A DNA stretch of 64,000 bases from a virus. The stretch spans positions 80,193-144,192 of IMG/VR virus record IMGVR_UViG_3300046170_000148; one strand, 5' to 3'. Below the pieces are notes generated by a model. It did no database searches and was not told the DNA's origin. It was given only the letters and a program-made list of their open reading frames with translations. Positions 30,402 to 40,287 of this stretch are shown here, piece after piece. The position numbers and the translations under genes were made by a program. Position 1 is the stretch's first letter. Each line of letters begins with the position of its first letter.

Positions 30402-30597
30402 CTCCAAGAATATTTCCTGCTTTTCCAATATCAAGAGTGCCACCATTCCGCATGTGTTCCTCTACTTGTTCAAAGTAGAATGCAGCGTCTTCGTGACCAT
30501 ACTCCTGAAGAACGTCCTTACACGCCTTGAAGAATAACATTGTCTTCATCAGATTACCGTCACCCATAGGTTTAGATTTTTTGCCAGACCGTTGCAT
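30397..30597 (-). CDS. Hypothetical protein
   Basis: 66 aa, TAATG-coupled to upstream gene. Confidence 0.65.
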   Translation of the reverse strand: MQRSGKKSKPMGDGNLMKTMLFFKACKDVLQEYGHEDAAFYFEQVEEHMRNGGTLDIGKAGNILGV

Positions 30598-30884
30598 TAG
30601 ATAACCTCGTCAACAACATTCATGACAGCAGCTTCTGAATGACCACCGATATTCCATGTGGTTACACTCTCAGGTGTTTGACCCTCTACCTTCCAGTCGT
30701 AGATAGTAGCAAGAGTTCCATCATTGAATTTGATTGTCCATTCTACTTGAATTTTACCATCAGTCTGTTCTGGTGTGAACCGAACAGGTTCTCCAAAGGT
30801 CTCTACAAGACGGTCATAGGAAGTGTCAATATGACCTTGAAGACAAGTTCCAATGACATCAAAATTTCCAGTTACATAATTCAT
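30597..30884 (-). CDS. Conserved early hypothetical protein
   Basis: GAAAGGA RBS; LQGHI..SYDRLVETFG, DGKIQVEW, ATIYDWK, WNIGG. Confidence 0.75.
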   Translation of the reverse strand: MNYVTGNFDVIGTCLQGHIDTSYDRLVETFGEPVRFTPEQTDGKIQVEWTIKFNDGTLATIYDWKVEGQTPESVTTWNIGGHSEAAVMNVVDEVI

Positions 30885-31017
30885 AAGCTTTCCTTTCTTA
30901 TAACGCATATTGTTAATAACATGCCAATACAAATACATCATGGGAAACACGAACCTCTACACTCTAATTCGAGAACTTTAACGTAGACCAACCAACCTCA
31001 ATTCCCATCATGTTTAT

Positions 31018-31046
31018 ACTATAACACAAGAAAACTAAGATGTCAA
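31018..31046 (-). promoter_or_regulatory. Sigma70 promoter TTGACA-N17-TATAGT
   Basis: Read directly; overlaps stop at 31043. Confidence 0.8.
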
Positions 31047-31279
31047 GAACTTTTTTCCATTTCAAGCATCTTTTTTTCGATGTCGTTTAGAGGTTCTTTC
31101 TCATTCTGCATATCAACCGCAACCTTACGGGCTTCGACAAGACGTGTGACCCTGCGTTTCACAGACTTAGGAACTGCACCACCATTAGAGTATTTTTCAC
31201 CCCACATAGCGAGTTCACCATCAATGTAGTTGACACCCTTGATTGCAGCGTCTGTTGTGCGTTGTAGTTTTCTATTCAT
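31043..31279 (-). CDS. Hypothetical protein
   Basis: 78 aa, coupled start. Confidence 0.65.
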   Translation of the reverse strand: MNRKLQRTTDAAIKGVNYIDGELAMWGEKYSNGGAVPKSVKRRVTRLVEARKVAVDMQNEKEPLNDIEKKMLEMEKSS

Positions 31280-31551
31280 TAGTCTCTTCCTTCTTTATCA
31301 TGAACATGTAATTGAATGAGTGCGTAGTGCAACACTTTGAGAATGTCTTTGCGATTGTAACCATCTTTGTTACCATATCGTTGTGCATACTTCATAATAT
31401 TACCAATACAGAAACCATCACCATGACCACCGTCGATAATAAACTCAGTTGCTTGAAACTTATTCTTAGAATAGTGTTCATCATATGTTGCATCAACATA
31501 TTCAGTCAACTCTTCGAGAGACAAGTTTTCATCATATTTGTATTCAATCAT
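31279..31551 (-). CDS. DUF3310 / T7 gp1.7-like protein
   Basis: HY..Q..EFI..GFCIGNIMKYAQRYG.KDG..DILKV.HY. Confidence 0.75.
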   Translation of the reverse strand: MIEYKYDENLSLEELTEYVDATYDEHYSKNKFQATEFIIDGGHGDGFCIGNIMKYAQRYGNKDGYNRKDILKVLHYALIQLHVHDKEGRD

Positions 31552-32147
31552 TACTTCCACCTATAAAATATATGTTCACCAATCTGACCTACCATGTGCA
31601 TACCCTTTGCAGTTGCCCAACGAGGACTTACATAGGTTGCATGGTAGTGTGTCGCACCTTCTGTTATACCACGAAACTCATCGTGTGTCAAGAACATTTT
31701 TGCGATATACTTAGATTTCTCCCACGCCTGGCCTGGCCGAGGGTCATCACTGCGTCCATCACAATACCACGAGAACTGACAACGATTGCGGCGTGGGTAT
31801 TGTTTACCATCACTACCTGTATATGTCTTTGCCTCGTAGACCACATCACAAACAGTATTCGGCCATCGAGGGTCGTTGACACGGTTCTGCGTCACATCTG
31901 CGACTGCATACAACCCTGCGTCAAGTTCATTCCTTGCCTCATGATACAGGTTCAGTGCCATACATAACATGTCTTCTTCTGTGTAAGACAGTTCTTCAAT
32001 AAGTAGTGTTTCGGGTGATTCTGATATGTGTTGGACAACAACTTCCTTGTCCTTCAACAACACCTCAACACCAAGATTAAAAACAGAGATGATGGATAAC
32101 GCCAGTAACAATACTAGGGCAATCCGTGTGATATTTTGATTTTCCAT
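31551..32147 (-). CDS. SleB-like cell wall hydrolase (Hydrolase_2) with N-terminal TM
   Basis: CMALNLYHEAR, NRV.DPRWPNTVC.VV, CQFSW, GATHYHA; start corrected to 32147. Confidence 0.9.
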   Translation of the reverse strand: MENQNITRIALVLLLALSIISVFNLGVEVLLKDKEVVVQHISESPETLLIEELSYTEEDMLCMALNLYHEARNELDAGLYAVADVTQNRVNDPRWPNTVCDVVYEAKTYTGSDGKQYPRRNRCQFSWYCDGRSDDPRPGQAWEKSKYIAKMFLTHDEFRGITEGATHYHATYVSPRWATAKGMHMVGQIGEHIFYRWK

Positions 32148-32153
32148 TCTAGT

Positions 32154-32182
32154 ATTATACCAAAAGACCTTAAATTTGTCAA
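32154..32182 (-). promoter_or_regulatory. Consensus sigma70 promoter TTGACA-N17-TATAAT
   Basis: Read directly; overlaps stop at 32179. Confidence 0.9.
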
Positions 32183-32841
32183 GCACTTTCTATCTCAAAT
32201 ATTAGGTCTTGTATCGCGTCATACGCTTGGTCATGTTTTTCTGTGAGGTCTCCATAGGGAAACTTAAACGCAAGAGTGAAACGGGGACATTCAGTCCACG
32301 CAGCGTGCCAACAGTGGTGTTCTTCTTCGTCTTTACGACCAAACCGATACCACCGAGCCTGCCATCCTTTGACATCTTCGTGTTTGACAAACTCATCATT
32401 CTTCTTATCATAATAAGTAAAGTATCCATCACCACTCTCACTCCATGTGAGAATGAGTTGATATCCAAAAGCATTCCAGTTTGTATGCCAACCGACAAAT
32501 CCTTTGGATGGATAGTATGATGTCAGAGAGTTATTGTTTGCACCGAAGATACGAACCAGTTCATTCTTAGTCCATAGTTTGAGTGGTTCGAATATTTCGG
32601 GTCTTTCCTTTGCACCATGTGACACCTGAAACCCGTATCCCTCTTCAGGAAATCCAATGTGGTCTCGTTCCATAACTTCCCACAGATGGTCGGGTTTACA
32701 ATACTGTTCACCCTCTCCGATTGGAGCAGGGCCAAGGTGCGAACTTAGTTCTACCATCGCATCGGTATGTGGTAGAAACTTATCAAGTGTGTCATCCAGA
32801 GTTTTGAGAAACTCTTTGTTACGGATTACAATCTCAGTCAT
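32179..32841 (-). CDS. 2OG-Fe(II) oxygenase-like/cupin protein
   Basis: YYP..GFVGWHTN..WHAA..RFTLA. Confidence 0.65.
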   Translation of the reverse strand: MTEIVIRNKEFLKTLDDTLDKFLPHTDAMVELSSHLGPAPIGEGEQYCKPDHLWEVMERDHIGFPEEGYGFQVSHGAKERPEIFEPLKLWTKNELVRIFGANNNSLTSYYPSKGFVGWHTNWNAFGYQLILTWSESGDGYFTYYDKKNDEFVKHEDVKGWQARWYRFGRKDEEEHHCWHAAWTECPRFTLAFKFPYGDLTEKHDQAYDAIQDLIFEIESA

Positions 32842-33487
32842 TCAATGCTTCTACGATGTCGGGAAAGTGAACACCGATAATCTCCCAACACTTGTCGGCA
32901 ATCAGTGCGTGTTCCTTCTGCGTTCCGTTACCACGGCGAAGTTCACAATAGTGAACCCAACTACGCAATGTGCCTGACATATACAATGTCGATTGGGTTA
33001 GTCCTTCGGGTAACAAGGCACGAGCCTGTTCCTTCGCAATACCCTTTGCAAGTGCGTCTTGATATGCGAGGTCTGCCTGACCCTGCACCTTCTTCTGTTG
33101 CATCTGCCACCACTCGTTCAGGTCACGGTCATCAGTCTCTACAGAGTTCTGACGGTTCTTCTCATCCTGTAGTCGTGCCTCACGAGTCTCAAACTCAGTC
33201 GCTACAGCATACCGTTGAGAGAACTCTTGGAACGAGAATGAACGGTGACGCAAAATCTGACGTGCGATGTCGCGTGTCGTTTTGATTTCCATAGTCATAT
33301 GCACCATCTCAAATGGTGACCAGTGTTGTTCTCGAATCAAGTAACGTAATAACTTAGGTGCGGTCTCAGTGTTATTCTGATTGGCAGGATTACTGACCCG
33401 TGCGGTATATGCAATCAGGTCAGCAGCAGTCTTACAATCTGTGATTGCAGACGGTTTACTCAATGCGATAAGATTAACTTCGCTCAT
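32834..33487 (-). CDS. thyX: Flavin-dependent thymidylate synthase
   Basis: HWSPFE, QILRHRSFSFQEFSQRY, EQARALLP. Confidence 0.95.
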   Translation of the reverse strand: MSEVNLIALSKPSAITDCKTAADLIAYTARVSNPANQNNTETAPKLLRYLIREQHWSPFEMVHMTMEIKTTRDIARQILRHRSFSFQEFSQRYAVATEFETREARLQDEKNRQNSVETDDRDLNEWWQMQQKKVQGQADLAYQDALAKGIAKEQARALLPEGLTQSTLYMSGTLRSWVHYCELRRGNGTQKEHALIADKCWEIIGVHFPDIVEALND

Positions 33488-33698
33488 TTCTTAGATACTC
33501 CGATGCTTCGTTGATATCATAGTCTGTGATATGTATATCGTGTTTACTACGCATATATTCCAGCGTTTGTTTCAATGCGATTGCAGAACCCTCCGCGAGT
33601 CCCTCGTCCAGTCCTCGTTGAAAACCACGAAAGAGACCGAACCAGAAAGAAAAGAATACTGTCGCAAGGACAATGATTGTGTGTAATAAGGCTTCCAC
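33474..33698 (-). CDS. Small membrane protein
   Basis: N-terminal TM helix. Confidence 0.6.
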   Translation of the reverse strand: MEALLHTIIVLATVFFSFWFGLFRGFQRGLDEGLAEGSAIALKQTLEYMRSKHDIHITDYDINEASEYLRNERS

Positions 33699-33700
33699 GT

Positions 33701-35071
33701 CTACTCCATCTTAAAATCTTTGAATCGTTCTGCGGCTTCTGACTTATCAAATGCAGGACGGTCATCGACCACGGGGTCATCTGCATCATCGTCATCAGTG
33801 AGTCGCATCTTAGCACGGTCAACCTTCAGAGTAAACCGTTGGTATTTGGTCGGGTCGTTATATCTATTCTTCAACTGTTTGACCATAATCTTACCCATCG
33901 CATTCAGTTCGTCGTTTGAGACGAGAGCGAACATGAGGTCTGCGGTAGCGGGTAGTCCAAAAGATTCGGACGTGTCTTCAAGCCCAACATCGTCATTAGA
34001 ATAACCAGAACGAGTCGTTTGCGTTGCAGACATAATCGGAACGTTGAACTCGACTGCGAGTCCTCTAAGTTCCTCTGCAATACTTTTAATGTATGAATAT
34101 GAGTTGATAGCACCGCCCATTCCTTTCATTCGTGATGACGCACAGATATTTAGATAGTCAATAAAGATGAGTTCAGGAACAAAGTTCTTCTTCAGTTTCA
34201 GTTCATTCAGCAACGCACGGAAGTGAGATGTGTTTGCCTGTCCCGTAGGATATTCTTTGATAATAAGTTTACCATTGGTCTTGGCAGATAGTGTAGACAC
34301 CTTGTCAGTGAACATATCCTTTGACAGGTTCTCCAACTGGTCAATCGGAACATTCAACAGGTTCGCATCAATACGTTCTGCGATACGTTCCTCTGCCATC
34401 TCCATAGTGATATACAATACATTACGACCCTGCGACAATGCAGATGCACCCACATGACACATGAACAATGACTTACCGACACCCGTTCCTGCGAGTGCAA
34501 TGTTCAGTGTCTTGTTGGGTAGACCACCTTTGGTAATCCTGTTGAACAAGTCAAGGTCAAACGGAACACGTTCTTCCTGTTGGTGATAGAAATCAAACCG
34601 TTCATCTACATTCTCCAGATAGTCGTGACCGATGTTGGTATCAAAGGTCACACCCAGAGCCTTACTCAGAACATCAGGTATTGCGTTCTTCTGTAGGTTT
34701 GCATGTTTGCCATCAATGATAGAGATACTCTCCATCACTGCGTTGAACACTGCACGGTCTTGACACCACTTCTCAGTGCGTTCAATCAACCACTCAAGGT
34801 TCTCAGGTTCGTGTGTAAAGATGTTAGGGAGCAGTTCAACTGCGATGCGATAGTCTTCTTCACTCAGACGGTTGTTCTGGTCTATCTCAATCTTGAATGC
34901 TTCGAGAGTCGGAAGTTTATTGTAATCCGAAACAAATTTCGCAATCTCTTTGAACAGACCTTTGTAAACACCTTCGAAATAATCCGGCGCAATGAACGGA
35001 AGAACTTTACGCATGTATTCTTCATTAGTCAGTAAATTCCTCAGAACTGTCTGTTCCAAATTGATGTTCAT
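33701..35071 (-). CDS. 41: Replicative DNA helicase (T4 gp41)
   Basis: AGTGVGKS, TMEM, IDYL, SESFGLPATAD, KQLKNRY. Confidence 0.95.
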   Translation of the reverse strand: MNINLEQTVLRNLLTNEEYMRKVLPFIAPDYFEGVYKGLFKEIAKFVSDYNKLPTLEAFKIEIDQNNRLSEEDYRIAVELLPNIFTHEPENLEWLIERTEKWCQDRAVFNAVMESISIIDGKHANLQKNAIPDVLSKALGVTFDTNIGHDYLENVDERFDFYHQQEERVPFDLDLFNRITKGGLPNKTLNIALAGTGVGKSLFMCHVGASALSQGRNVLYITMEMAEERIAERIDANLLNVPIDQLENLSKDMFTDKVSTLSAKTNGKLIIKEYPTGQANTSHFRALLNELKLKKNFVPELIFIDYLNICASSRMKGMGGAINSYSYIKSIAEELRGLAVEFNVPIMSATQTTRSGYSNDDVGLEDTSESFGLPATADLMFALVSNDELNAMGKIMVKQLKNRYNDPTKYQRFTLKVDRAKMRLTDDDDADDPVVDDRPAFDKSEAAERFKDFKME

Positions 35072-35432
35072 TCTCTAGTTCCTCTAACATATCTTCATGG
35101 ACAAGCACTTCGCCTGTCTTATCATCACGAGCAATCATACTACCATCAGTAAGAGATGTCTCGATTATTGAATTTAGTATTCTACCACAATATTCCTGTA
35201 ATGTCAAGTCTTCCATTGTCAGGTCAGGGTCAGGACTGAATACAACCTCAGAGTTGAAACTCAGATATCCGTTCTCATCTTCGGGGCCTTCACCCTCGAA
35301 CTTGATGTTCCCGAAACGAATAATCGTCTCAGGAAACTCTTCAAGTATGCGAACATCCCAGTTCTTCTCATCATCTTCCTGTGGAATAATCTGATAGTGA
35401 ATATCTTCACTCAGTTTGTCTAGGTCAATCAT
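35025..35432 (-). CDS. Acidic protein at the syntenic position of T4 gp40
   Basis: Lies between uvsX and 41. Confidence 0.55.
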   Translation of the reverse strand: MIDLDKLSEDIHYQIIPQEDDEKNWDVRILEEFPETIIRFGNIKFEGEGPEDENGYLSFNSEVVFSPDPDLTMEDLTLQEYCGRILNSIIETSLTDGSMIARDDKTGEVLVHEDMLEELENEHQFGTDSSEEFTD

Positions 35433-35503
35433 CGTCTCTCCAACCATACTGATACAACAATCACGAGACCGACAATGAAAACCAAACCTAAGAAATCATT
35501 CAA
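35429..35503 (-). CDS. 24-aa hydrophobic micropeptide
   Basis: TTG start; MNDFLGLVFIVGLVIVVSVWLERR; fills the gap with overlaps at both ends. Confidence 0.45.
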   Translation of the reverse strand: MNDFLGLVFIVGLVIVVSVWLERR

Positions 35504-36531
35504 CGGCATCGACAATCTCATCCATGTCTACTTTTTGCGCCAGTCCGATTGAGTATTGTGACTTGATGAACTCTGCGAAGTCTGTGTTCTCGAAGATGGG
35601 TGTCCAAAATTCCTTCGTGAGTGTTTCCTTCTGACGAACTTTCGCCTCGTCACCAGCGACACTATACCAACCATTAGATGGTTTAACAACATAACCGCCA
35701 GCCAAAGCAACATCAAGGAGACCACTAAACTGCTGGACGCCACCTTCCCAAGAAACAGAGATAGGGATTTTACTTTTCTCTTTAACATAGCGAGACTTCT
35801 CTACATTGATTACAAAGTGATAACCTTTGATTTCTGTGCCAACCTTGTCTTGTTGGCGACCCAGAATCCAGATGTTGTCAGCACTGTAGTAGATACCTGT
35901 GCCACCACCTACGATGTCTTTCGGGAAGAGACCAATCTCTTTGTATGTGTGGTTGACGGCCAGCATTGGAATGTTCTTCATAGTCAGGTATGGGGTTATC
36001 ATACGAAACAAACCTTTCAATGCTTTTAGCACGAGACATATCTGCAACCGACTTTTCATTGATTGCATCTTCGAGTTCTTTCTTAGATGCAAGGTTACCA
36101 ATGGAGTCGATGACAACGATGACATTATCTTCTCGTGTCAGTTCCTCAAGTTGACCAATAATGTCAAACTTGAGTTCCTCTACATTCGCAATCGGCGTAT
36201 GCAGAACTCGGCTAGTGTCAATCCCGAACTGCTCGAAGTAAGATTGGGGTGAACCAAACTCACTATCATAGAAAAGCAGAACTGCATCTTTCTTCTCTCT
36301 CAGATATGCACCTGCCATAAGCAGGGCAAAAGAGGTCTTAAAGTGCTTACTTGGGCCTGCAAGGACTGTAAGTCCTGGCGTGACACCACCGTCAATACTA
36401 CCAGATAGGGCAACGTTCACCATTGGAACATCTGTTTGCACCATATCTTTTTCAGTAAAGAATTTACTCTCAGACAGAATCTCCGTCGTTTTGATTTTCG
36501 AGTTCTTCTTCAGTTTGTCCATAATCGACAT
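35496..36531 (-). CDS. uvsX: RecA-like recombinase UvsX (joined across extra A near 36026)
   Basis: AGPSKHFKT, YDSEFG, IDSIGNLASKKE, GGTGIYYSAD. Confidence 0.95.
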
Positions 36532-37399
36532 TGTTTGATTCCTCACGTTCATCTAATTCATATTGTTTACGATATTGATTGTTAATACTAACACATTTGT
36601 CAAGTAATGTCAAGCCCTTATCAAACATTGTAAAAGCTTTTGTATCTTTGGGGAAACATGCGCCCCCGAATCCACGTTTACCATCATAGCCTGGCACACG
36701 AGTGTGTCCAACACCGATACGTTCATCTCTACCAATAGCGTTTGCAACTGTTGGGAAGTTGCAACCAAATTCTTGGATTGCATCATAAAGTTGATTGAAG
36801 AAGGTAACCTTCGTTGCGAGGAATGAGTTTACACCATACTTCACGAATGCAGCTTCAGGCCCAGACATCATAATAAATTCTTTGTTTGTGCATAGACTAT
36901 ACACATCATATAGATTAGCAATATTTCTAACCGATTCTGGATGTCCACCCAGAACATGATATTCTGCTTGAATGAACTGTTCCTTCGCATTTGATTCTGT
37001 CAGGAACTCTGGATTGATTACAAGACGTTTATAATCTTCATCAAACAAAGAGTTTAGAATACGAAGAACGATATCGGGAGTAATAGTCGATTTAATAATA
37101 ACAGAACCTTCTGTATGTTCCAGAAGTTTTAATGTCGCATCTTCAACTATACTCGCGTCTACAAGACCTTTACTGGTCATGGGAGTGGGCGCACAAATAA
37201 AACTCACATGTGGTTGCCAGTCTAATAGGTCATCGATAGTTGTATTATGTTTGGGGTCAACATAAAACTTCTCGATAAGTGGATGGGTAAAGGCATAATC
37301 AACCGCACCACCCACAAAACCATGGCCGACAATACCAATTTTCAAAGGATTATTGGTTGAGACCATATCCTCTTCACGCATTTCATTTTCTTCACTCAT
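36470..37399 (-). CDS. UDP-glucose/GDP-mannose 6-dehydrogenase family protein
   Basis: GIVGHGFVG, CAPTP, IKSTI, NPEFL, GFGGACFPKD. Confidence 0.85.
   Translation of the reverse strand: MSEENEMREEDMVSTNNPLKIGIVGHGFVGGAVDYAFTHPLIEKFYVDPKHNTTIDDLLDWQPHVSFICAPTPMTSKGLVDASIVEDATLKLLEHTEGSVIIKSTITPDIVLRILNSLFDEDYKRLVINPEFLTESNAKEQFIQAEYHVLGGHPESVRNIANLYDVYSLCTNKEFIMMSGPEAAFVKYGVNSFLATKVTFFNQLYDAIQEFGCNFPTVANAIGRDERIGVGHTRVPGYDGKRGFGGACFPKDTKAFTMFDKGLTLLDKCVSINNQYRKQYELDEREESNNVDYGQTEEELENQNDGDSV
36585..36613 (-). promoter_or_regulatory. Sigma70 promoter TTGACA-N17-TAGTAT for uvsX, inside the upstream gene
   Basis: Read directly. Confidence 0.6.
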
Positions 37400-38337
37400 T
37401 AATTCACTCCGTAATATTCTTTATACCAACGAACAAATGCCTCGACACCTTGTTCGATATTCACAACGGGTTCGTAACCCAACTTTTTTAATTTACCCGT
37501 ATCACTCCAAGTCTCTAGAGTGTCGGCGGGATGACGAGGCGCAAGTTTGATATCCGCCTCTCTTCCCAATTCTTTACTTATACACTTGATAAAGTGCATC
37601 AGTTCTACCTGTTTACCGCGACCAATGTTATAGATTTCATTAGTTGGTGTATCACCAAACAAGATTGTTTTAATACCACTCACGATATCACCGACATAGG
37701 TGAAGTCGCGTTTCATGTCACCATAGTTAAAAGCCTGAATCGTTTTACCCTTCACAATACTATCGGTGAACTGAAACAATGCCATGTCTGGGCGACCCCA
37801 CGGGCCATATACGGTAAAGAACCGAAGACCCACATTGTTCAAACCAGAAATTTTGAACTGACATTCGTTGGTATACTTAGTATATGCATATGGATTCAAC
37901 TGATGACCAGTCACTTGGTCTTCTACCCAACCTGTAGGTGGTATAGGTGTTCCCCCATATACAGAACTAGTTGAAGCATAGATGACCTTCTGCACATTAT
38001 ATAGTTTACACACCTCAATTAGGTTTTGTGTTCCGTCAATGTTATCTGCATGATACAAACGTTCTTTACCAACCGAATCTCTCACTCCAGCCCGTGCGGC
38101 AAGGTGGATAACGATATGAGGTTTGATTACATTAAACGCTTGGTCAAGGTCATCAAAGTCCTTGAGGTCACAATCATATACTTCGTGTCCAAAGTATTCC
38201 ACACGGTTCTTCTTGAGTGCAGGGTCATAGTATGTGTTATAGTTATCGAGTCCGACAACATCGAACCCGTCCTCCAAAAGGGAATCCGCAAGGTGACTCG
38301 CGATGAACCCAGCACCCCCTGTTATTAGTATTCTCAT
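37399..38337 (-). CDS. NAD-dependent epimerase (UDP-glucuronate 4-epimerase-like)
   Basis: TGGAGFI, HLAARAGVR, YAYTK, RFFTVYGPWGRPDMA, MKRDFTYV. Confidence 0.9.
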   Translation of the reverse strand: MRILITGGAGFIASHLADSLLEDGFDVVGLDNYNTYYDPALKKNRVEYFGHEVYDCDLKDFDDLDQAFNVIKPHIVIHLAARAGVRDSVGKERLYHADNIDGTQNLIEVCKLYNVQKVIYASTSSVYGGTPIPPTGWVEDQVTGHQLNPYAYTKYTNECQFKISGLNNVGLRFFTVYGPWGRPDMALFQFTDSIVKGKTIQAFNYGDMKRDFTYVGDIVSGIKTILFGDTPTNEIYNIGRGKQVELMHFIKCISKELGREADIKLAPRHPADTLETWSDTGKLKKLGYEPVVNIEQGVEAFVRWYKEYYGVN

Positions 38338-39269
38338 TATCCGTTCCTATAAATGTATTCGAGAGCTCTGTCTGCTTCTTTATCTAGTGGTCGGTTTTCA
38401 TACCAGTTGCCAGTCTCACGGTCTAACTCACCACACATCTCAGATATCTGTGAGGCAGTGATAGGATAACCTTTGGATACTGCGTTACCCGCAACCGCAA
38501 CCATAATCTGATACATCTTGTGATACCAACCAGTCCCAGCAATAGACCGATACTCCTGTTCTAACTTCTTAGGAAAGAACGGACAGTCGCGATATGATGT
38601 CCAACTATAGTCGGTGTTATCTAGGGAGTTCTTACGATGCTCCATAACTGCCTTCTGTAGTGCGGGTGGTAGTCTGTCCATAAAGGTCTTACCCTGCGTC
38701 TCAACATACGAGTGTTTGTCCATCAACATATCAGGGTCGAGTTTGACACCATCGTTGGTGAAGATGAAACTATGTGCGTTAGGATACTGGGCGGGAACAT
38801 AATACATACGCGACAGGTCTTTGGTCTGTTCGTCACCCAGACCTTTGAACTGTTTGTTCATTGCGAACCAGAAATGAGATAAGTCCTTTGACTCTACACA
38901 TCGAGTGAGGGGGAAGACGAGTCGAAACTTGGGGTGGGACTCTGTGGAAGATGCGGTTGAATAACATACATAATAATATTGTCCAAACATTCCTCTAAGG
39001 TCGGACTCCAAGTCCTGTCGAGGAATGTAAGCGTCAACATCAAGACAAGCCCAACCACCCCAATACTCAACGTTCTTATTAGACCTTGTTCCCTCAGTAA
39101 CATAACGAGCAGGACTAATGAGAGGAGAACTGTTACTACCACCTTTCTCACCTTTCTGATTTGACAAAGAATACAGTAATGACTCAAACTCATCCCATGT
39201 GTCGAACTCTTGGACACGATGAGTCTTGTTGTCAAACGTATTCTTGAATATAGTTAGAGAGTATTTCAT
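38337..39269 (-). CDS. AEP/primase-polymerase-like protein
   Basis: LDVD acidic motif, YST.S..HPKFRLVFPL, D.SRMYYVP. Confidence 0.65.
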   Translation of the reverse strand: MKYSLTIFKNTFDNKTHRVQEFDTWDEFESLLYSLSNQKGEKGGSNSSPLISPARYVTEGTRSNKNVEYWGGWACLDVDAYIPRQDLESDLRGMFGQYYYVCYSTASSTESHPKFRLVFPLTRCVESKDLSHFWFAMNKQFKGLGDEQTKDLSRMYYVPAQYPNAHSFIFTNDGVKLDPDMLMDKHSYVETQGKTFMDRLPPALQKAVMEHRKNSLDNTDYSWTSYRDCPFFPKKLEQEYRSIAGTGWYHKMYQIMVAVAGNAVSKGYPITASQISEMCGELDRETGNWYENRPLDKEADRALEYIYRNG

Positions 39270-39275
39270 TATGTA

Positions 39276-39304
39276 ATAATACCACAATCAAGCAATTTTG
39301 TCAA
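39276..39304 (-). promoter_or_regulatory. Sigma70 promoter TTGACA-N17-TATTAT
   Basis: Read directly. Confidence 0.8.
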
Positions 39305-39767
39305 GCATGAATACAACAATCACACAACGGTCTTGGTCAGTCAAGTCTGGCATATGTAACTCTTGACCATTATACCAGACAAATCGATTTTCTTTGAACT
39401 CCACAAGTTCACCGTTGTAATATGTCCCAGTGTTGCCCCATAGGTAAATGACACCGGCCCACGGATATGTATCCCTGTGTGGTGTCAGTGCCTGTTCTGC
39501 ATTTTGTTGTAACCACTCTTTCTCTTTTCCGTCTATACGATAGAAGTGGAGTCGGTCAACTATCTTGTCCGTTGTCTCTTCAATCTTGCGAGTCACTTCA
39601 GGATAATTTGTTTTGATATCAAGAGTGCGGAGACCTGTCCATCCCTCTTCAATATTCATCAAGAAGTTTGAAGAACTTAATGTCTGATATTGTAATTGTT
39701 CGGCTTGTCTACGGATATACCAGAAATTATCAAGAAAGTCATCGTGTATATTCAAATCATCAGTCAT
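39288..39767 (-). CDS. 2OG-Fe(II) oxygenase-like protein
   Basis: PHRD, AGVIYL, GT, NRFVWY..LH..R. Confidence 0.7.
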   Translation of the reverse strand: MTDDLNIHDDFLDNFWYIRRQAEQLQYQTLSSSNFLMNIEEGWTGLRTLDIKTNYPEVTRKIEETTDKIVDRLHFYRIDGKEKEWLQQNAEQALTPHRDTYPWAGVIYLWGNTGTYYNGELVEFKENRFVWYNGQELHMPDLTDQDRCVIVVFMLDKIA

Positions 39768-40287
39768 TATAGAATAATTCAAAGTCCCTTGCATATGCTT
39801 GTTCTACTAACGATTTTTCTGTGGTGGTCAGTTCTCTGGGGTGATACTTACCGACCATGTTTCGGCCTAGTTCCATACCAAAGTCCTTCTCCATCTCACT
39901 CAGGTTCTCAAATCGATATATCTTATCGACATCTATCTTACCGTTGCGAGTCACATAGTGTGCTTGGTCGTAGATTATGTATGGTGTTTTCTTTTTCTTA
40001 AAACCATACCCCTTCGGTTCGATGACGGTTCTCAGAAAGTCTTCGAGTGACTCAAACTTCTGTCCCTGTCTCTGTGCGTGATAGTAATAACTCTGTGCGC
40101 GAGAGTATGGATTACGAACCACCGCGAAACTGTGGGCATCTGATATGTCATTGAGATACCTCAGTTCATTGATTGACTCATGATGCAGACCCGACAGTCG
40201 ATTCCAGTTCTCATGTCCGTTTTCAACTAACCAGTTCCACACACTTGTTCCTGCTGTCTTGGGAATGTGAACAAACAGCAACTTCAT
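39760..40287 (-). CDS. Sulfotransferase family 2 protein
   Basis: FVHIPKTAGTS (5'-PSB), VRNPYSRAQS (3'-PB), Y..DFELF. Confidence 0.85.
   Translation of the reverse strand: MKLLFVHIPKTAGTSVWNWLVENGHENWNRLSGLHHESINELRYLNDISDAHSFAVVRNPYSRAQSYYYHAQRQGQKFESLEDFLRTVIEPKGYGFKKKKTPYIIYDQAHYVTRNGKIDVDKIYRFENLSEMEKDFGMELGRNMVGKYHPRELTTTEKSLVEQAYARDFELFYND

Noticed and set aside
32148-32186. N-terminal extensions such as MLDKFKVFWYN (also at 53788, 39287 and 63164)
   Set aside because: They are translations of promoter DNA (TTGACA...TATAAT); the true starts are downstream.
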